A stretch of DNA of 64,000 nt from Psammoneis japonica (taxonomy: Eukaryota). The DNA is taken from positions 496,001 through 560,000 of the forward strand of contig QPGO01000004.1 in assembly GCA_008632985.1 (NCBI GenBank), written 5' to 3'. Below the pieces are notes generated by a model. The model was not told the origin of the DNA and made no database searches. It saw nothing but the letters and a program-made list of their open reading frames with translations. Below are positions 1 to 12,253 of the stretch, in pieces (positions within the stretch are counted from its first letter, which is position 1; each line of letters begins with the position of its first letter). The translations under genes and the position numbers were made by a program.

Positions 1-1054
1 CTGTGCCGTCGACTACATCGTTAGCATTGTCTAGAGAGGATTGGAAATCTTTCTGTGCTTGTTCTGTTGTAAGGTAGATGGGATGCCCATCATTACCATA
101 CACGATACGCGCACGCTTCTTCTTTCTCCTCTTGGGTTTTGTTTCTGCCTGTGGCGGTGGAGATTCCTTTGGCTGCGCTTTTGCCGCTTCTGCATTGAAA
201 AAGAAACCGCCACTGGGCGATACCTCCTCTGATTTCTGAGTCATCTTTGAATCTCTTGAGTCAAAGTCGGCATTTCTGTCGATATTTTCCATGAAATCAA
301 CGTCATCGTCGCTGAACGCACTTCGCCAATCGTTTTCATATTCCTCGTCATGCTGGTCACTAAAATCTAGATCCGGCTCGTTTTGCACATTGCTATCTCG
401 TCGTCTTTCATTATGCTGGTTTTCGGAAGGACCTTGCTTCTTTTTCAACCTTTCCTGATTCTTACGAACACGATTCAGCATTGCGTCGTCTTGCGTGTCG
501 AAAAAGCCAACGGTGCTTTCTGAATCGTCTTCCAGTCCATTCTTTCGTGCCTCTTTCTGCCATGGATCTAGCACAGGCTTTCCTCGAAACGTATTGCTCT
601 TTTGTTTGTTGCGTTTATCATCATCATCATCATCATCGTAGACAAATTCGTATTCCTCAGGGTCTGCCGTCCATTGTTTCAATTGAGTCCCCCAACGCCC
701 AGACATGATGGCTTCCAATTCTTCAATAGACTTGCCACTCGACCTAAATTTCGCGTCTCTAGCTGAAGATGAGCCGGAGTGCTGAGAGCTTCCGCTACTA
801 GAACGTTCAGAATCCCCTCGATGCTCGTGTTCTTCTTGATTAAAGCTCGACCGAGGCTTTTTCCGAAGTCGCTTGGGAACAGAGTGCGCTGCTTGGGAAA
901 ACCGTCTCGGCTTTTTCTGTTGCTTTCTCGGTATGTTTTCGGCAGAACAACGAGTGGTATCCAGTGGACGGTGCTGCTGTCGACTCGGAACGAAGCCTTG
1001 CACAGACAGGCTTGATGTCGTGAGAAATATCACAACAATTCCTCGAGACTTCAT
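1..1054 (-). CDS. 5' part of a putatively plastid-targeted protein (open frame runs off the window edge)
   Basis: Manual translation from ATG 1054: MKSRGIVVIFLTTSSLSVQG-FVPSR (signal peptide + F motif)...KSIEELEAIMSGRWGTQLKQW...acidic tracts. No stop before position 1, so it is absent from the ORF track. Confidence 0.75.
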   Translation of the reverse strand, partial: MKSRGIVVIFLTTSSLSVQGFVPSRQQHRPLDTTRCSAENIPRKQQKKPRRFSQAAHSVPKRLRKKPRSSFNQEEHEHRGDSERSSSGSSQHSGSSSARDAKFRSSGKSIEELEAIMSGRWGTQLKQWTADPEEYEFVYDDDDDDDKRNKQKSNTFRGKPVLDPWQKEARKNGLEDDSESTVGFFDTQDDAMLNRVRKNQERLKKKQGPSENQHNERRRDSNVQNEPDLDFSDQHDEEYENDWRSAFSDDDVDFMENIDRNADFDSRDSKMTQKSEEVSPSGGFFFNAEAAKAQPKESPPPQAETKPKRRKKKRARIVYGNDGHPIYLTTEQAQKDFQSSLDNANDVVDGT

Positions 1055-1851
1055 CGGGAACAATTCTTTTTTTTTAACAGAGGATATATGCAAAACAAAG
1101 AAGAATTTATCGTGGACGCCTCAAATACTTTACCCACCAACAACACTACGAAGAAAGTTGAGACTCTCAACTCTCTCTGCCGTTGATGAGACGCCGTCAA
1201 TGATGTAATAGTGTAGGCCGTAGGGCCCTTAGGTCCTAATGCGGCGGCGAAGTGATGAGTCGACTGAAAAAAATTAAAATGAATGGTGAAACTGGTCTAG
1301 TCTACGGTACCGTCGACCGCGCTCCGGTACTTTTGTGACTCATAACCTTACTCCTGATTCTATTCGACTCTCTACTCTACTACCGGTAGTCTAGAGACTA
1401 GAGAGAGGAAGAGTAGAAAGTAGTAGAACTACCTAGCTAGAGATAAGTTAGCGAACAGTAAGTTACTCTACTAGACTGTAGGTACGACAGAAGGTACGAC
1501 TACTGGAGTCGTCATCTAATCACTAGTATGCGTCTCTTTTTCGTCTGTTCTACTCTAGAGCTAGTAGAGACACTGCAGCTTGAGACGGTGCTTGAGACAA
1601 ACGTCTTTTTTCAAGTCTGGGTACTCTATTTTCATATCATCCCCGATTCATTCGCTCTTTGATAACTTTCACTCAAAGACTATCCGAATCAATGACACAC
1701 CCATCTGCGTCTTTTATTCATTTACACTTATACTAAATCACGTATGAAAAACTCTCCCCTCTTGCTTCACACGCTCTTACAAATAGTAAGGACCCAGTCT
1801 CATTGCCTAAAAACCATGGTCCCATCTAAAAACCCATTTCCCATAATGATC

Positions 1852-4800
1852 TCAAACAGAAGGCGCGCCTTCATTGAAATCGCCTGCAAGATCAACATCT
1901 TGGAGTTTCTCGCTCGGTTCAGACAAACTCGGATTTTCCTTGATTCCCCAATCTGCTGTTTCTTCATGTTCCTGTTTAGGTTGTTTCCGACTAAACATCT
2001 TGCCGAAAAAGGAAGCCTGTGTCTTGCTACCCGATTCTTCTGCTCCTTCTGCAGAGTCTTGGGGTTCGACTGGATCTTCTTCGTTCTCCTCTTCCTTAGA
2101 TGACTTACGACCACGCATCTTGGCAAGGAAGGAGTTGTTGGTACCGGAACCTTCGGTAGAGTCTTGGGATCCGATTTCTCCCAATGGCTTTCTTTCAATA
2201 TCCGATTCGTCATCATCACCACCAGCTCGAAGTCTCCTGCGTCTGCGAATAAAGATGAAAACAGACAACAGAAAAGCTCCAGCAGCAAGACTTGAAATGG
2301 TTGCAATCAATACGGTGTCGTTGCCCGATGAGCCACCGCTATCTTCACCGTTTGCACCTTGTGGGTTGAGAATCTTTGTACCTCCAACCTTAGCTGACAT
2401 TACATTGGTGGTACTGTGGAAGAGGTTTTGTGGGGGCAATGTACGAGTCGCATTCAAATATTTGGGGCTATTGAGAGACTCAATAACCATGGCGTTGAGA
2501 GAGAGCTGGTTGGGCACAAGCGATTCATCCGTTTCATCCAAAAAGAATGCAGCTGATTCAAATACGACGACAAGCTTTAATGAACTTGAGATATCCGATG
2601 AAGAGAGTGCATTCATTTGGTAAGTCACATAATCGACTGTGCGCGCTGTACCGAACACTGCAGAGAAGATGTCATCCAAATATATCTGTGTAACTCCGGC
2701 CAGCTGATGAACCTCTTCATCCAACGCATTCCTGTTTATGGTGATCTCGTATTCTACTGCAATATCGCTGAGCTCCACCTTTTCTCCTTCTGGACTTGGT
2801 GTAGGAGAAGGAGTGCCAGAACTGCCGCCGTCTGGTGTCTTTGGTGTAGTGGGAGTAGGTCCTCCACTCGCAGGAGTTCCTCCATCAGCTGGAGATCCGG
2901 CTGGTGATCCACCTGAAGGAGATCCGCCGGGCGTGGGTCCACCTGATGGGGGGGTACCGGGAGATCCAGGAGATCCAGGAGTTGTAGATCCTGGCGTAGG
3001 TCCACCTGATGGAGGCCCACCGGGAGATCCAGGGGTTGGAGATCCGCCGGGCGTGGGTCCACCTGAGGGAGGCCCACCTGAGGGAGGCCCACCAGGAGAT
3101 CCAGGAGTTGGAGATCCGTCTGTTGGTTCGCCTGACTTAGGTCCGTCAGCTGGAGATCCAGGGGTTGGCGATCCGGGCGTGGGTCCACCTGATGGAGGCC
3201 CACCGGGAGATCCAGGTGTTGGAGCTCCATCGGTTGGTCCGCCCGATGGTTGACGTCCGTCTCCACCATTAGATGGAGGTCCTCCCGGATGGCTCGGGCC
3301 AGAGCTTGGAACTGAGTTATCAATCAAGAGAACACAGAAAGCAAATTAGGGAAACTACGAGACATTTGACTTTTGATTTGATGCCCTGAATTAATCACTT
3401 ACCATCATGACTAGGAGGCATTGGACTAGGCGGCATTGGACTAGGCGGTATTGGACTAGGAGGAAACGGACTAGGAGGAAATGGACTAGGTGGTTCTGGG
3501 TAGCACATAGAAGGAGAAGACAGTTAGAGGTGAAACTCACTTTTGAAATGCCTTGATTTTCGTGTGTACATCTTACCTGGAAAACTTGTAGGCTCTGCAG
3601 TCGGAACCGGAGTCGGAATAGGATTTGTGACGAACTGATACATGTCAGTATCCTCACAAACCTCTCCAGTTGAAAGAGTTTCTGCCTGAGCAAAAACTGT
3701 CACTTTGTACGTCTCCGTTACACACAGATCGACGGTATACATCGTCATAGCAGTAGCTGCATCGTCCGGATCAATCGGGTTCTGACTTAAGCCGTCAAGA
3801 ATGCTCTCCGTTGTTCCGTCTCTTGTCTCTTCCAAGGTAGTGACCTGAAAAGTGTCAGTTCCAACATTTTCGACGACGTAGCTGTACTTGATCTTCGCGA
3901 GACATTCTTTGGATTCACCTCCAACATCGCAACCTTTGAGGACTAAGCTTCCAAGCTTGTCATTGAGGAACAGCGGGGCCGTTCCAGATGGATTGAAGAT
4001 AATCTCTTGGCTGCCAATAGTACACATCATGGAGGTAGGAAGTCCAGTAGATTCTATTTCAATAACATCTCCCGGTGACACGTCTGTCTCGCTAACGTAA
4101 TTGATACCTCCAGAATCGCAACTGATATCAACTACGCCTGATGGAGTGCTGCCTTCGCATGAAAACTCGCTTCCCTGGGATTGCATACTATCATCACAGC
4201 TACATGGCTCGTAAACAAAGGTGAGGTCCGTCACATCCTCACCGCCGGTAGAGCACTGTTCATCTGGTTCAGGGATGTCATCGCAGTCAACCGTGGTATC
4301 GTCAAAGAGGGTACAGCCAGCCGTGACCTAAATTTATCGGTATACAATCTGTTAGAGGAGCTTGCTTCATTTCAAATCTAGGAGCAAATAAGAGAGTCCA
4401 GTACTTACTTCCACAGCACATTCACCCGGTGTTGGTGATGGAGTAGGAGGAGGAGGGGATGTCGGGGTAGGCTCCGGGGTTCCGGATGGCGTTGGTGCAG
4501 GAGTTGGTGCCGGAGTCAGTGCTGGAGTTGGTGCCGGAGTGGGAGGAGGAAACGGTGCTGTCGGGGTGGGCCCAGGAGTCGGTGCCGGAGTAGGAGGAGG
4601 AGGTGATGTCGGGGTGGGTTCAGGTGTTGACGCTGGAGTCGATGCCGGAGTCGGCGCTGGAGTCGGCGCTGGAGTCGGAACAGGTGCTGCGGGGGTGGGC
4701 CCTGGCGTAGGTGACGGCGTAGGGGCTGGTGTTGGAGATGGAGTTGGCATCGGCGTTGGACTCGGAGTTGGTGATGGCGTTGGATTCGGAGTAGGAGCAG

Positions 4801-5636
4801 GAGTTGGGGATGGTGTCGGACCTGGTGTCGGACCTGGTGTGGGACCTGGAGTCGGAATTGGAGTCCCACCAGGAGTCGGCGACGGCGTAGGAGAAGGCGT
4901 CGGTCCTGGAGTCTTCGGCGGCTTGGGAGGTTTTTTATGAAGACCTAGTAAACAAGCATTCGAGATGCAAATCGTCAGTCAACAGAAAAAAAGCCACAGG
5001 TATCGATTAAAACTGAAATTGTCAAATCTTTGAAATCACAGACTTACATTTGATGTGCCACTTGTGCTTCTTGCGGTCGTGACGAATGTGACCCTTACGA
5101 TGAATGTTCTTTCCCATGCCATAAAATCCATCTTCGTAGCCGTAGTCTTTGTAGCTAGTAGGCATCCAATGCTCTTCTTCTTCTTCTTCGTAGTAGCCCT
5201 CTTTATCCCAGTACTCTTTTACTCCCCAACCTGGTACAGAATCCAAGATGCTCTGCAACGCTCTCTCTTTGTCGTTGCTACCAAGGGCCCGCCACTCATG
5301 GTGTGATTCGGTTCCTTTATCCCACGAAGACGGTGCACCCTTTCCTTCGAATCCTTTTCCCCAGTATCCTTTACCTTTGGGAGGCACGATCACTTCTTCG
5401 CAGTCGATGTAATGGTCGACGTGGCGGTAGTACCATTTGCCTTTCCCTTTGCCACCCTTTTTACCTCGTTTCTTGCCATTATCGTGTCGGATCAGTTCGT
5501 CCCTTCGTTGAACCGTTTCTCTTTCCGAATGTGAAGTACGAATCTGGTTTGAAGAAGTTACCTTGATTCCTGCTACCAATGGTAACAGGCAAATGAACGA
5601 CAACAAGTTGGACGCCAACAACATTGTGTTTGTCAC
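1852..5636 (-). CDS. Mucin-like type I membrane protein, paralogue A (~1140 aa, 5 exons): signal peptide, K/G/W/Y-rich N-terminus, PT repeats, Cys-rich diatom-type domain, PPSPx mini-exon, GGPTPGSP repeats, SEA-like region, TM helix, cytosolic tail
   Basis: Exons 5636-5048, 4944-4409, 4327-3577, 3495-3403 and 3311-1852 are joined by GT-AG introns and keep frame (3429 nt). TM segment [22 protein letters not shown] is followed by RRRRR. Confidence 0.8.
2840..3290 (-). repeat. Coding tandem repeat (GGPTPGSP / GGPPS)
   Basis: Recurring ggagatcc / ggtccacctga units; the translation is G/P/S/T-rich. Confidence 0.9.
3410..3492 (-). repeat. 15-bp coding tandem repeat, PPSP[F/I/M] x5, forming a mini-exon
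   Basis: ggactagg(a/c)gg repeated every 15 bp. Confidence 0.9.
4420..4910 (-). repeat. Coding PT(P/A/S/G) tandem repeat
   Basis: 12-bp periodic ggagt(t/c)gg units. Confidence 0.9.
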
Positions 5637-6293
5637 AACAGATACTGAATGCTGATGAATCTAACCCTCCGTTCGCGTCGAAGACTTTAAAATGCGTCAA
5701 AATCAGTTCACAAGTGTAACCCTTCTTGTTTATGTTTCGAATCACCTTCTGATCGGCTACAGTATGTGTAATGTTTGTGTTTTCATATCAAATCGACCTC
5801 TCGCACCAAGACCGGTGAGCGGCTGAAAAAATGGCGTCCCAACGTTCGATCGATGCGTTGGGTCCTGCCGGGGGAATCCCAGCATAATTTATCTACACTC
5901 ATGCAGAATGATTAATCCCCGCTGAAGTGCTGTAAATGTGTATTCGTGCACCAATAAATACATTGATCTTGCGCACCTTTCTTATGGGATTGACTCCACA
6001 TCAGTTTAATAAGTGTATACGTGTACAAAATTTTGACATTGACAAAAAGGACTATCCAATCTACTGAAGGATTACGTAGGCTATCGTATGTCATCAGTTA
6101 TGCGAAATCGAGTCGTACATGCGGTACTCACTTTTTCCTCTAAACAACAATTTCAGAAATCAAAAATTTGCCTCAACGGATGAAACCGCACCTTGTCGCC
6201 ACTTTTCCGATTGTCTTCACAATTCTTTCATTAATCCCACCACGATAGCGTTGAAAGACAATCGAGAGATCGAAAGAAGAAAGCAGTCACAAG

Positions 6294-8709
6294 ATGATCC
6301 TTTGTACCCGCTCATTCACAACCGGTGCGTTGGTTTCGTTTGCTTTGTTCTGCCAGACGTCTGGAGTTGAGACGCGCGGATTCGACTTTAATGAGATGGA
6401 ACCAACCTCATTCAAACCAAACAGCCAAGAGCCTGTGCCTCGGCAACTTGGATGGGAGAAGAAAGAACCACACTTGCTCCATTGGCAGTTTGCGCGACAC
6501 GAGGGCGGGAAAAAGGGAAAGAAGAACCACGGAGGCGGGAAAAAGGGAGGTGGCAAGAAGGGACGTGGAAAGGGAGGACATCACTGGTACAAACACAAGG
6601 TGATGAAAACCTTCGCACCGACCCCGTGTCCAACGCCGAAAGGGCCAACTCCTGACTGTACTGTGGAAGTAAGTGCCTTACAGACCTTTCTCGCTGGTTG
6701 CTCCTGTTTCTCTTCAATGACGCTCGTGTCTCTTACGTATCAATGCTTCTTGGCATGTATAGGTCACGGCTGGCTGTACCCTCTTCGACGATACCTCGGT
6801 CGACTGTGATGACATTCCTCAACCGGATGGACAGTGCTCATCAGGTGCCGCAGATGTGACAGACCTCACCTTTGTGTACCAGCCAACTGACTGCGAAGAT
6901 AGTATGCAATCCCAAGGAAGCGAGTTCTCCTGCGGAGGCAGCACTCCATCAGGCGAAGTTGATATCAGTTGCAATTCTGCAGGTATCAACTATGTTAGCG
7001 AGACAGATGTATCACCAGGAGACGTTATTGAAATAGAATCAACTGGACTTCCTCCCTCCATGGTTTGTATCATTGGCACCCAAGCGATTATGTTCAATCC
7101 ATCTGGAACGGCACCGCTGAATCTAAATAACAAACTTGGCAGTTTAGTTCTAAAAGGCTGCGAAGCTGGGGGTGAATCCAAAGAATGTCTCGCGAAGATC
7201 CAGTACAGCTACGTTGTCGAAAATTCTGGAACTGACACTTTTCAGGTTATCACCTTAGAAGAGACAAGAGACGAGATAACGGAGAGCATTCTTGACGACC
7301 TAAGTCCAAACCCGATTGATCCAGGTGATTCAGCTACTGCTACAACGATGGATACCATCGACCTGTGTGTACCGGAAACGTACAAGGTGACAGTTTTTGT
7401 TCAGGCAGAACTTCTTTCAACTGAAGAGGTTTGCGAGGATACTGACATGTATAATTTCGTCACAAACCCGCTGCCAACACCGTCGCCGACACCTGCTCCG
7501 ACGCCGTCGCCCACTCCTGCTCCGACGCCATCGCCCACTCCTGTTCCGACGCCATCGCCCACACCCTCTCCGACTCCGTCGCCCACACCCGCCCCGACGC
7601 CATCACCAACGCCATCGCCTACACCAGCTCCAACGCCGGCACCCACCCCATCTCCAACTCCCAGTCCAACGCCCGAGCCTACTCCGGAATCACCCATCCC
7701 CCCATCACCAACGCCCCCATCACCTGGCCCTCTATCGCCCGCCCCCCCAAGCTCATCAGCTGACCTATGGTATGAAGCAGGTAAGAACTCTACGTCGATA
7801 TTCTTCGTTTTCGACATGCGTTTCCCAAACGTCCTGTTCACCTATTCGTTTTCTTTCACCTATTTGAATTTAGACAAAATGATGGATATTCAAAGTCTGG
7901 ACTTGACCCCCATATCAGTGAAGTACACGCTAGGCGAGGGTGACAGAAAACTTGCAAATGAGGGCGACATTCGCAGTGATGAAGACTACGAGTATCTTGC
8001 AGAATATACAGTTGATTTCATTGGACACCACTTGAGCAAGGAGAGACCCAATGACTTTAATTCATTAAAGCTGACCTCTTTTGGTTGGAAATCAGATGAT
8101 CCATTGGTTGTTAGCTTTGACTTGATGGCCGATTTTGTCAAAACTGACGGTTGGGATCTTCCATCAGTAGAGTACCTCGACGAAGTTGCTCAAAGTTCGC
8201 TCAAAAAGGAGAAGTACTTAACTCATCTTTTCAATGAGTTGCCTTCAACAAACAGGTTCAAGTTTGCGACAGAAGTCACCGTGGAAGAAACGACGAAAGA
8301 ACAGGTTGAGTCGTTCAACGAAGAAACGGATTCCCAACGAGAGAGCACCTCAAATCACGACGGAACTCTGGTTGCGGTGATTCTGTCATCGGCCTTTGGT
8401 GTTTTGGGCATGGTTGGTATTTTTATCTACCGAAAGAAGCGTCGTAACACGCAAGGTAACGAAACGAAGAAAGACAGTACCGACGACACTGTTGTTGAGG
8501 AACAAACTCTTGCAGGAAGCTTGTCCGTCGACAACAGTTCGGTCATGGCTTCCTACCCGAATCGGTCCTACTATGGCGAGAGGGATGATGGCTCGTTGGT
8601 GGCTACTTCGTCCTTGAAAGGACGACTGGGGCTTGATGACAATGTCGACGAAGCCGACGAGAAAGACGATGCATTTGTCATTGAATCCATTGACCTTTGT
8701 CAAGACTAA
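6294..8709 (+). CDS. Mucin-like type I membrane protein, paralogue B (~740 aa, 3 exons)
   Basis: Exons 6294-6668, 6763-7780 and 7874-8709; the 93-bp second intron is in frame and is read through by the ORF track. Shares the Cys-rich domain and the CxVE|VTAGC intron position with paralogue A. Has PTPS/PTPA repeats and [23 protein letters not shown] + RKKRR. Confidence 0.8.
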
Positions 8710-8882
8710 CAGTCAGGGGAATTACCGGCAAGGGGAAATAAGAGTAATTGGGTTAATATAAAATAGTTTACGGTTATGTTTGTCAGACACCTGTCAATCT
8801 TCAGACTCCCACTCAAACCATTCATGCCAGTATGACGAGATCGAGAATGGTACGTAGGTTGCATCCTGCAATGATATTATGG

Positions 8883-10127
8883 TCATCTCCAAGTGAAGTC
8901 GCGAAATCGATTCGGGAAAAACCGAATCGTCTCTAGGGTCGTATCTCGACACAGAAAACCATTTCGTTCAGCTGCAAGTAATTGTTCATGAGCCAAGAGA
9001 GCCGATATCTGAAGAGCGCGACCTGCATCGAGCGAAGTGATATTGCCAGATTCTTCCGCCAAGGCAAGAAGTTTCTTTGCCATAACGCTTTCGTCAAAGG
9101 CATCTTCTTGCACAACTCGGACACCACTGGGAAAATTGCGCTGAGACATACCTAGTTTCAAGTCTTTCATACACTCCAACGCCTTTAGCAAATCTTCTGG
9201 TGATATAAGATTGGTTCCACGAGCTCGATTGAAGTAACAATACACGTCTGTCAAAGTCATGAGTCCTCCCGCTGATTTAAGTTTGGGTCGTAAGAAATCG
9301 GCCAACTGACGAGCCAGTGTGTCATAATAGTCACCTCGATGATCATTTTTGGACAATGCCGAAGTCATACCCATATCTTGGAGCATATCACTTAAGCGAT
9401 TTGCATCCTCCCGAGAGGCGTTGGATTGATCTTTTGACTCTAGCGTTCGAACGTACTTTTGAATAATCGTTACAAGCTCCGTTGCTTCTCTCAGTAGTGT
9501 TTCTGCATCACCCTCAAAGGCCTCATCGGTCAGTTTTGCTGCTTCCTTGTGTCGGAGAGCATTCTTTGTGAGAATGGCATCGACACCAACCTTACGTTTC
9601 ACGATATTACTGGCAGTGTTTTGCTTTGCTTCGATCCTGCTTGCAGTCTCCCACGCCCTTCGTTCAAGAGCCTTCTGCAATTTCTGTAGCATATCATCCC
9701 GATCCTTTCCTGTCGACGTGTTGGCGGTGGCATGAAACTTCAAGACCAACTGACCAACATACGCATGCACAGCAATCTTGGGGCTTTTGATAGCAGTCAT
9801 GAGACCACTGCTGGCACCCGCCGTATCCACCTGATGAACATTGCTCAGGTGCAAGAAGCGCGATTCCTTTTCTTTCATAAAGACAATGCGATGTGTTGTT
9901 ACTGTAACCACCAAGTCTGTGTTGCGATCGACCCACAATGCACCAAACGCACTGGAGACCTTTTCGTCGATGGGAACCATGGGCTCATTCGATTCCGATC
10001 TCAGCTCCATCTCATCGCGACGCATAAGCTCCACTTCTCCATCCGAAGAGTCTAATACGAGGAGACCAGAAGGCGTGAGAGGTGCCTTGGGAAGGCACAT
10101 TATGGGGGACCATGCCGGTTCCGTCAT
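8883..10127 (-). CDS. VPS36: ESCRT-II subunit Vps36 (GLUE domain + EAP30/Vps36 winged helices)
   Basis: VTTHRIVF and KSPKI (GLUE); DEAFEGDAETLLREATELV; LARQLADFL; GGLMTLTDVYCYFNRARGTNLISPEDL; C-terminal FFPNRF. Confidence 0.92.
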   Translation of the reverse strand: MTEPAWSPIMCLPKAPLTPSGLLVLDSSDGEVELMRRDEMELRSESNEPMVPIDEKVSSAFGALWVDRNTDLVVTVTTHRIVFMKEKESRFLHLSNVHQVDTAGASSGLMTAIKSPKIAVHAYVGQLVLKFHATANTSTGKDRDDMLQKLQKALERRAWETASRIEAKQNTASNIVKRKVGVDAILTKNALRHKEAAKLTDEAFEGDAETLLREATELVTIIQKYVRTLESKDQSNASREDANRLSDMLQDMGMTSALSKNDHRGDYYDTLARQLADFLRPKLKSAGGLMTLTDVYCYFNRARGTNLISPEDLLKALECMKDLKLGMSQRNFPSGVRVVQEDAFDESVMAKKLLALAEESGNITSLDAGRALQISALLAHEQLLAAERNGFLCRDTTLETIRFFPNRFRDFTWR

Positions 10128-10268
10128 CGTGATTGCGACGTAACCTCTAAAAGTACCGCACGAGCTGGATTTGAGAATGAGTCGTCGTTTTCCTATTCAA
10201 TCTTCTTTGGTTCTTATTTATTATTCGCTATGAATAAAGAAAGTGACGAAAAGGTGTTTTCGTTTTTA

Positions 10269-11984
10269 CTACAAATTGCTAAACACTTGGCAAAAACGCG
10301 CGTAAAGCTCCTTCGTTCGCCCTCTGAAGGGAAAATTTCTCTTCGTTGCGATTTTGTACCAGAGCCCTGTAGAAATGTACAGCGCAAAGTCTTGCCGCTT
10401 TGAGACTCACAAACTCCCCCCGACAACACAACACGGTGAAGCACGGGAATGTATCCGACAATGGCGGTACCTATTATCATCGATGCTGCAGCTCTTAACC
10501 ACTCTCCCTTGCTTCAGTATGCTCTTAACGGTAATAAAATAGAGCTGTGGTGTTTGCTTTGTTTCCGTTGGCGCTTTCACTCACATTTGTTCTCTGTTTG
10601 CGCTATTTTGATATCCCAATTGGCGTTTCGCGTAGTGTTTGCTTTTGTTCAGTAGCATTGAGGCTTAAGTTGTCTTTCAACAACCAAAGCTTGTGAAAGC
10701 TGTTTGAATATTGATTACACGGTGTTGCAGTGTGGGTGTTCGAGGTGATGGAAGGGCCACAAATGGCTCGCGCTCAAGAAAAACAATTGATCGCATGACT
10801 CGTCTTTCTCATGACTGGGATCTTGAACCGGGGAATGCAGTCCATGAAGCGAAACGTTGCATGACAGATAGATACGCCAGAAGGTAGAGTTCAATTTTAT
10901 TGAAGAAATTGAATGCAAGGCACGGGAGTGCAAACATAACCTTTTTTCTATCGGCAGAGCGAGTGGCTCGCTCTCAACTCTTTATGTCGCAAATCGAAGA
11001 AGAGAGCAGAAGTTTCTGTCTTATAGTTTTAAAGGTAATAGATCTGAGAACTATGGTAGCATTATTAAAGGATTAACTAGAATGCTTGTCATCGACAGAG
11101 TTTAAAAATGCAGCATCATTGCATTTGCGACACCTGACACCGATTGAACATTATCCTCTTATGGCATTGTAGTACTGTATCTTACAACTTTTTGCTACCA
11201 ACATTAAGCTAACTAAAGTTTTCTCTAGTTTTCTTTCATTAGAGAGGGAAAGTCGGCAGCATCCGAAGAGAAACATCAAAGACAACTTTTTTGCATCCAG
11301 CTTTCATCCGACTTTTGTCTCCTGGTTTTGCATCCCATTTCTCTGATTCTCTTTAGCAGATGCCATGCTTGCCTCTATATGTTCAAGTTCAAAATGACTG
11401 TAGTCGTATCATTCATTCATCAACAGCATTCAACTCAGCAATCATTCGCAACCCGCCGCCGGCAAAAAGGGTGGTGAAACAATCACACACGAAGCAGCCT
11501 CCTAGAGGAATCTTCAACTGGTCAACTGCCAACTTTTTGTACCTACATCCAATAAACCGATTGTCCCGGGAATGGTATAATTGAATTGAGCTTCTATTGG
11601 CGAATCGCGACGACAGTATAACGCATCCCTTGCAACACTGGCAAGAGGAAACCCACGATGCTTTTTTGACATGGACCTCAACTTTAATGTACTTGCTTCG
11701 ATCAAAACCACATCACCTGTCATACATGCAGGTCTAATTGACCGTACTACATGATCGTAGTGACAGAAAGTGCGGTGAAGGGTGGCGCCATTGTCGCAAA
11801 CTACCGACGGCGTTTCACGCATTGTCTCGTGTTGTTCAGCGAGAGGCGCGAGTGACGCGTCGGAGGGAGTTTCTGTAGAATTCTACGTGGACTGGTACAA
11901 TCGTTCAACGAATGGAAATTTTCCCTTCAGAGGCGAACGAAGGTGCTTTACGCGCGTTTTTGCCAAGTGTTTAGCAATTTGTAG
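10269..11984. mobile_element. Non-autonomous TIR DNA transposon with TA target-site duplication (Tc1/mariner-like)
   Basis: TA|CTACAAATTGCTAAACACTTGGCAAAAACGCGCGTAAAG... at 10269, and its reverse complement ending ...GCAATTTGTAG|TA at 11984. About 100 bp of strong inverted repeat, decaying inward. No intact internal ORF. Confidence 0.85.
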
Positions 11985-12253
11985 TATGGCCAAAAAAGAG
12001 TTTCGTGCGAAAACTGAAAAAGGGGTGAGAAACAGCGAAAACAACAAGCAAGGACGAAGGGTAAAGGCCTGACACAGGCGGCTTGCTCTACTACCAGTAT
12101 CTCTCTACTCCAGAGTAGCTAGAGAGAGTAGATCTACTCTCTAGAGAGAGTAGAGTAGCTCTCTGTCTCTCTCTAGCTAGCTAGTAGAGAGAGTTTAGAG
12201 ATAATATAATACTGTAATGCTTGTGATGTTGTTCTACGAACTATATTTTGCGT

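Noticed and set aside
3410..3492. Short regularly spaced repeats as a CRISPR-like array
   Set aside because: No unique spacers; the repeats are in-frame proline-rich codons in a eukaryotic exon
2738..7841. Gly/Val-rich antisense ORFs (GVGAGVGDG) as elastin- or silk-like proteins
   Set aside because: They are the reverse-complement shadows of the PT/PS repeats in the two membrane-protein genes
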